NCBI RefSeq assembly: GCF_022267515.1
Contig: NZ_JAKFGB010000012.1
Span: 893,225 to 957,224, forward strand
DNA length: 64,000 nt
Direction: 5' to 3'
DNA from: Rubinisphaera margarita
GTDB lineage: Bacteria; Planctomycetota; Planctomycetia; Planctomycetales; Planctomycetaceae
Positions 58,552-64,000 of this stretch are shown piece after piece. The position numbers were made by a program, and so were the translations under genes. The notes under the pieces are model-generated. The model did not search any database. It saw only the letters and a list, made by a program, of their open reading frames with translations, and was not told the DNA's origin. Position 1 is the stretch's first letter. Every line of letters begins with the position of its first letter.

Positions 58552-61289
58552 GGCATCACCAGGAATTCATTGCAATTGAAAAGGACGCGGCACAAAACCG
58601 GCAGGCCGTATTCACGAACGACTTCTTCGGCATCGTCGAGCTCAACAGCCTTCGGTGAGCGGGCAAACGCCAGTTCGTAACAGCGGACGATCTGATCCCG
58701 AACGTCTTCGCTAACTTCCTTCCGCACGCGGTCAGACATCGCATTGGCTCGGTCGAGCGTAAACTTGCTGTTGAACAGATTCAGCGCCTGAATGGGGGTC
58801 GTGCTTTCCCGTCGCCGGGCCGCACTTTGCCCGCCATCCGGACAGTCAAAGGCTCCGAAGACGGCTTCTCGTTCGCGGCGAACCTTGTGCGCATAGATCA
58901 TCCGCCGCAGTCCGTCCTTCGGGAACGTTTCCACCGGTTCAAACCCGGTCAGTCCGCCCCGCTTGTCGAAGAGATTGTATCCGCGGCCGTACATTTTGAG
59001 ATTCAACTCGCCACTCACGGCCAGCATCGAATCGCGAATCGCTTCGCCTTCCAGCCGCCGTGAAGGGAATCGCCAGAGGAGACGGACATCGGCGTCCTGA
59101 TCGACGGCTGCGGGATTGTCGACCGCCGAAGACTGCCGGTACGTCTGGCTGAGGACAATCATCCGATGCATCTGCTTGATGCTCCAGCCGTTCTCGACAA
59201 ACGTCGTCGCGAGCCAGTCGAGCAGTTCTGGATGCGTCGGCATCGCCCCATTGCGGCCAAAATCGCTCGATGTTTCGACCAGCCCAATGCCAAAGTGCCC
59301 CTGCCAGATCCGATTGACCATCACGCGGGCCGTCAGAGGATTCTCGGGTCGCGCGATCCAGTCTGCGAGCGCCATCCGCCGTTTCTGTTCGGCTGTATCG
59401 ACGGGAAGTTCAAGGGAGTCGAAGGAACTGAGAACTGCAGCCGGGACAACCTCGCCGGGCTGCTCGGGATCGCCGCGATTCAGCAGGTAAATTGTGTCGG
59501 GCTCGCGGAACTTGCCCGCGAAGACCATCTGTCCGCCCTCCGAAGTTGCAATCCTCTTTCTCAGTTGCTTTTTCTCGTCAAGCAAAGCCTTCGCGGCGAT
59601 CTGTTCTTCGACTGGCAGGCCGTCCGTAGAGAACGCCGGTTTCTTCGCTGATCCATCGAACTTCTGCCGATCACTGGCATCTGCGACGGGCAGCCAGGTC
59701 CCGTCACCGGGATCAATTTCGATGCGGTAGTCGATCGCCAGCCGATCGTCGTACTTTCCGAGTCGATCCCGTCCCCAGACAATGCGATCGATAATCACAT
59801 CGGTCGGAAACTCGAGAATGACCCAGCCGCCTCCCTTCTCGTTCGACATCCAGCTGCTCGAGTTTCCGTACTTCCCGTCGGTGAGATAGGTCAGGTCATG
59901 GCGATTGGCGACCTGAATTTCCCCGGATGCGGTCACTTTCGTTTCGGCGGAAGCAAGAGCGACGTTGGTTCCCTCAGGATCGAAGACTTCCAACTCGTCG
60001 ATACACGGTTCGAGACGGTTGGTTGCCAACACGGTGAAACGGAGTCGTCGAGCGGAAGTGCGGCGGATGCGTTCGACGTTTGTCCGGGCATTAACCATCT
60101 GGCGCGGAGTTCCGTTGCCGACAAACGGAGTCAACGTCGCCAGTTCCGCCTCCACCTGTTTCAATCGGGATTTCAGCTTCGCCAGTTCACGGCGTTCCTG
60201 TTCTGCTTCCGGAGTATTGAGCGGGCGATCGGCGTACTCCACTCCAGCGACAAAAGCCTGCATGGCATAGTAGTCACGGGCGCTGATCGGATCGAACTTA
60301 TGATCGTGGCAGCGGGCACAGCCGACGCTCAGGCCGAGGAATGTCTGCCCGATGTTGTTGACGATCTCGTCCAGTGAGTCCTGTCGAGCCAGCCGCTTCG
60401 ACGGTTCATCCTTGCCGATCTGTCCGGGCAACAGAACCGATGCCGTGACCAGAAAGCCGGTGGCGGCATCTTCCCCCAGAGCATCGCCGACAATCTGTTC
60501 GCGGATGAAGCGATCGTAAGGGACGTCCCTGTTGAAGGCTTCAATGACATAGTCACGATAGGGCCAGGCATTGGGACGTTCGGTGTTGACCTCAAAGCCG
60601 TGCGTGTCGGCGTAGCGAACGACATCCAGCCAGTGCTGTGCCCAGCGCTCTCCGTAACGAGGAGACGCCAGCAGACGTTCGACAACCGCTTCGTAGTCGG
60701 GTTGCTTCCTGAACTCGGCAACTTCTTCGGGGGTCGGCGGCAAGCCCGTCAGGTCGAACGTCACGCGGCGAAGCCAGTCGACCGGACTGGCCGGGGCGGC
60801 TCGCTTCAGCCCTGCCTCTTCCAGTCGACGATCGATAAAGTCGTCGATCGTCTGCTCGACCTCGTCGTCTGCCTGGACGGGCTTGAAGCTCCAATGGTCC
60901 ATGCGATCAGCCAGCTCGACCGTATCCACGCCGTCCGGCCAGACAGCTCCCTCGTCGATCCATCTCGTCAGTATCGCGATCTCTTCTTCCGGCAGTCGTT
61001 CGCCCGGCGGCATCAGCTCGTCTTCGTCGTCGGTTTGAACGAAGTGAATCAGCGGGCTCTCATCCGGCTTGCCGGCGACGATGTCAGGCCCGTGATTGTC
61101 GCCCCCTTTGAAGGCCGCCGATTTCACATCGAGCCTTAGCCCGGACTCGGCTTCTTCTCCACTGTGGCAGTCGTAACAGTGCGCCTCGAAGATTGGTCGC
61201 ACATCGCGAACAAAATCGATCGGGGCGGCGCGAAGATTCCCCGACGTAGCGAGGATCGACAGAAACAGCAGTCCAATGTAATTGCGCAT
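58548..61289 (-). CDS. PSD1 family protein (PSCyt1 + DUF1549 + DUF1553) with a discoidin-like insert
   Basis: Signal peptide. CYDCHS motif. Paralog of 34605-37472, but with a different inserted domain. Confidence 0.85.
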   Translation of the reverse strand: MRNYIGLLFLSILATSGNLRAAPIDFVRDVRPIFEAHCYDCHSGEEAESGLRLDVKSAAFKGGDNHGPDIVAGKPDESPLIHFVQTDDEDELMPPGERLPEEEIAILTRWIDEGAVWPDGVDTVELADRMDHWSFKPVQADDEVEQTIDDFIDRRLEEAGLKRAAPASPVDWLRRVTFDLTGLPPTPEEVAEFRKQPDYEAVVERLLASPRYGERWAQHWLDVVRYADTHGFEVNTERPNAWPYRDYVIEAFNRDVPYDRFIREQIVGDALGEDAATGFLVTASVLLPGQIGKDEPSKRLARQDSLDEIVNNIGQTFLGLSVGCARCHDHKFDPISARDYYAMQAFVAGVEYADRPLNTPEAEQERRELAKLKSRLKQVEAELATLTPFVGNGTPRQMVNARTNVERIRRTSARRLRFTVLATNRLEPCIDELEVFDPEGTNVALASAETKVTASGEIQVANRHDLTYLTDGKYGNSSSWMSNEKGGGWVILEFPTDVIIDRIVWGRDRLGKYDDRLAIDYRIEIDPGDGTWLPVADASDRQKFDGSAKKPAFSTDGLPVEEQIAAKALLDEKKQLRKRIATSEGGQMVFAGKFREPDTIYLLNRGDPEQPGEVVPAAVLSSFDSLELPVDTAEQKRRMALADWIARPENPLTARVMVNRIWQGHFGIGLVETSSDFGRNGAMPTHPELLDWLATTFVENGWSIKQMHRMIVLSQTYRQSSAVDNPAAVDQDADVRLLWRFPSRRLEGEAIRDSMLAVSGELNLKMYGRGYNLFDKRGGLTGFEPVETFPKDGLRRMIYAHKVRREREAVFGAFDCPDGGQSAARRRESTTPIQALNLFNSKFTLDRANAMSDRVRKEVSEDVRDQIVRCYELAFARSPKAVELDDAEEVVREYGLPVLCRVLFNCNEFLVMP

Positions 61290-61499
61290 GCGGTTTCAGG
61301 GGGGAGTTGGGGCGTGGGGAGGCTGGAACACAACGCTATTGATTGATGCGTTTACTGTAGTCGTTCGTCCGGAGCGAAACCAGTGCAGTCCGATCGAACG
61401 TCAAAACTCAGGCCTGTTTCTTGGCAGATCGATCGGCTGTCTGGTAGATTGTCAGCGTTCTGTCACTCCCTTCACTGTCCCGTTCCAAGGACTCTTGCT

Positions 61500-62825
61500 G
61501 TGCTCAGGCCACTTCTCTTCTGCGCTCTACTGTGTACGCTGACTGCTCCCGTTCTGGCTCAAACCCGTGAAGAGATCGTCAGGGGTGATAAGGCCAAGGT
61601 CGAAGCGGAAGGCTTCTGGATTTACAACGACCTTCCCGCGGCATTCGCGGAAGCGAAACGGACCGGCAAGCCGATCGTCGTCGTGCTGCGCTGTCTGCCG
61701 TGTCACGAATGTGTAAAGCTGGACGATGAACTCGTCGATACCGATCCGGTCATCCGTCCGCTGCTGGAGCAGTTTGTCTGTGCCCGGCAGGTGTCGACCA
61801 ATGGCCTCGATCTGAATCTGTTTCAGTACGATACCGATCAGTCGTTCGCAGTTTTCTTCCTGAATGCTGACAAAACGATCTACGGACGTTTCGGCACTCG
61901 TTCCCATCGCACCGACTGGGTCGGCGATGTTTCGCTCGAAGGGCTTTCCGAGGCTTTGCAGGGGGCGCTCGATCTGCATGCTCGTTATGGGGACGTCAAA
62001 CAATCCCTGGCGGGGAAAACCGGGCAGCCGATGGAGGTCTCGTCCCCCGAGAAGTATCCGTCACTGAAAGACAAGTACACCGATCGGCTGAACTATTCGG
62101 GCGACGTCGTGAAGAGCTGCATCCACTGTCACCAGATCGGAGATGCTCAGCGTGAGCTCTACTGGGGAGCCGGTAAGCCGATCCCGGACAAAGTCCTCTG
62201 GCCCTATCCTCACCCCAAAGTTGTCGGACTGGTGATGAATCCCGATAAGAAATCGACCGTTCGTGACGTCGATCCCGACTCCGCCGCCGCCCGGGCCGGC
62301 ATTCAGGAGGGAGATGTGATTGAATCGTTCAACGGACAGCCGATCCTTTCGATCGCGGATATCCAGTGGGTGCTGCATAACATCGCCCCTCAGGGAGGAT
62401 CCGTGCCGGTCACCGTGAAGCGTAACGGCTCTGAAAAGTCGCTGACATTGTCGGTCACGAAAGACTGGCGACGCGCAGGTGATCTTTCGTGGCGTGTCAC
62501 GACCTGGGGGCTGCGTCGCATTGCCGCTGGAGGGATGGTGCTGGAAACAATTCCAGACGACGAACGACAGGGATCCCGAGTCAACTCCGGTGACATGGCC
62601 CTCCGGGTCCGTCGCGTCGGACAGCACGGCCCTCATGCCGCGGCCAAGCGAGCCGGCTTTCGTGAGGGAGATCTCATTGTAGCTTACGACGGCCGCAGAA
62701 ACCTGAGTACCGAACAGGATCTGCTGACTTATGTCGCCACATCGAAGAAAGCTGGCGACCGGGTTCGCGTGAATGTCATTCGCAACGGAAAACCACTCGA
62801 GTTGACCTTGCCGATCCAGAAGTAA
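61500..62825 (+). CDS. Secreted thioredoxin-fold protein with two PDZ domains
   Basis: GTG start with a signal peptide. Thioredoxin-like segment GKPIVVVLRCLPCHEC. Two PDZ-like segments (GIQEGDVIESFNGQPI and GFREGDLIVAYDGRR). Confidence 0.6.
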   Translation: MLRPLLFCALLCTLTAPVLAQTREEIVRGDKAKVEAEGFWIYNDLPAAFAEAKRTGKPIVVVLRCLPCHECVKLDDELVDTDPVIRPLLEQFVCARQVSTNGLDLNLFQYDTDQSFAVFFLNADKTIYGRFGTRSHRTDWVGDVSLEGLSEALQGALDLHARYGDVKQSLAGKTGQPMEVSSPEKYPSLKDKYTDRLNYSGDVVKSCIHCHQIGDAQRELYWGAGKPIPDKVLWPYPHPKVVGLVMNPDKKSTVRDVDPDSAAARAGIQEGDVIESFNGQPILSIADIQWVLHNIAPQGGSVPVTVKRNGSEKSLTLSVTKDWRRAGDLSWRVTTWGLRRIAAGGMVLETIPDDERQGSRVNSGDMALRVRRVGQHGPHAAAKRAGFREGDLIVAYDGRRNLSTEQDLLTYVATSKKAGDRVRVNVIRNGKPLELTLPIQK

Positions 62826-62955
62826 AACATGATTTCACCTGGCGACTTTCCCTCGCTGAGTTGATTTCTGTGCGGCACTCACTTACTCATATCAACACCG
62901 GCTGATGTGCTGTCTGCCGGCTGTCGGAGTCACAGTGTCACCGCGGGGAGGTCGC

Positions 62956-64000
62956 CATGCTGCGTTTGCTTTCGTTGTTCGTCTGCGGAGTCCTCTGTTA
63001 CCACGCGACTGAAACGCCCGGCGCCGAAGCCGGGGCAAGGGTGCTTAAGGCGGGGGCGGCTGCGGTCGATATCACGCCGAAGCAGTACCCGATTCGCATG
63101 CCGGGTGGTTTCAACGCCAAGTACGCTGAGAAGGCTCACGATCCGTTTTTTGCCCGGGCGCTGGTGTTCTCGGACGATACGACCACCGTGGCGATGGTCG
63201 TTCTCGACAGCCTCGGGGCGTCTCCGGAAGTACTCGACGAAGCCAAAGCGATCGCGGCTGAGAAGACCGGCGTTCCTCGACAAAACATGTTGATCTGCTC
63301 AACGCATACGCACACAGGCCCCCCTTCAAACGTGAAAGACGGCCCTGCTCCAGAAGTCGCGTTTCGCAAACAACTCGTCGAGGGCGTCGCTCAGTCGATC
63401 ATTAACGCCCATGAGGCTCTGCAGCCCTGCTCGGTTGGAGCCGCCGCCCATCCTCTTCCCGAGGAAGTGTTCAACCGACGCTGGTTTCTCAAGCCCGGCA
63501 AGATGCCTCCCAATCCGTTCGGCAAGATGGATATCGTCAAGATGAACCCCGGTCGCAGCCCGGATGTACTCGATCGTCCGGCCGGCCCGACTGATCCGGA
63601 TATCAGCATCATCGCGGTCCGCGACGCGAAACGAAAACCGCTGGCGCTGTTCGCGAATTATTCGCTCCACTATGTCGGCGGAAGTCCGAGCGGTCAGCTG
63701 TCGTCCGACTACTTCGGCGAATACTCCCGGCTCATGCCCTCGCGGCTCAACGCGAGTGACGACTTTATCGCCATGATGTCAAATGGCACATCGGGAGATA
63801 TCAACAACATCCCATTCACGGTCACCCGTCCGCCGCGCGAGCCGTTCGAGCAGATCCGTATCGTGGCCCGGAAAGCCGCCGATACGTCCTGGTTCGCGTA
63901 CCAGAAGATCGAGACCTTCCGGACCGACGCTCCACTCGCAATGCTGCAACGGGATGTGAGTCTGAAGTATCGTCGCCCGAACGAGGAAGATGTCTCTCGA
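62956..64000 (+). CDS. Neutral/alkaline ceramidase-like hydrolase, N-terminal part (3' end outside window)
   Basis: ORF open to the window end. Signal peptide. Motifs LICSTHTHTGP and a GDIN-containing region. Confidence 0.45.

Noticed and set aside
1-64000. CRISPR arrays, integrases/transposases, rRNA
   Set aside because: No short direct-repeat/spacer periodicity, no recombinase-like ORFs and no rRNA-like segments were seen anywhere in the window.

Overview
High-GC chromosomal window with Planctomycetes-type content: DUF1559 prepilin-like proteins, two PSD1(PSCyt/DUF1549/DUF1553)+DUF1501 gene pairs, a sulfatase and BNR sialidase-like proteins. The window is mostly housekeeping and catabolic genes: a UlaD/UlaE-like sugar cluster, a GntR-regulated Gfo/Idh/MocA–isomerase–ROK kinase–DeoC operon, and a sulfatase next to a DASS permease. 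A complete minus-strand mutagenesis cassette imuA-imuB-dnaE2 is followed by an SRAP (YedK-like) peptidase gene, and a perfect 10-bp palindrome overlies the imuA start. A PAS histidine kinase / NarL-type regulator pair sits beside a cytochrome c'-like protein and a tandem universal stress protein. An ECF-sigma/Ser-Thr kinase fusion and a 7Fe ferredoxin lie between two DUF1559 paralogs. A tRNA-Asn gene is on the plus strand near 30 kb. The most unusual region is ~39.8–43.5 kb. A Ro60/TROVE (rsr) gene is preceded on the same strand by a ~2 kb block of at least seven closely spaced near-canonical tRNA genes (Glu, Pro, Lys, Gly, Gln, Trp, Arg) plus several degenerate tRNA-like or Y-RNA-like modules. 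A 110-aa receiver-fold-like ORF is embedded in this array. Just upstream of it are two adjacent secreted low-complexity proteins, one an extremely acidic Asp/Tyr/Trp-rich protein. All calls come from reading the six-frame ORF track and the sequence by eye; no searches were run.
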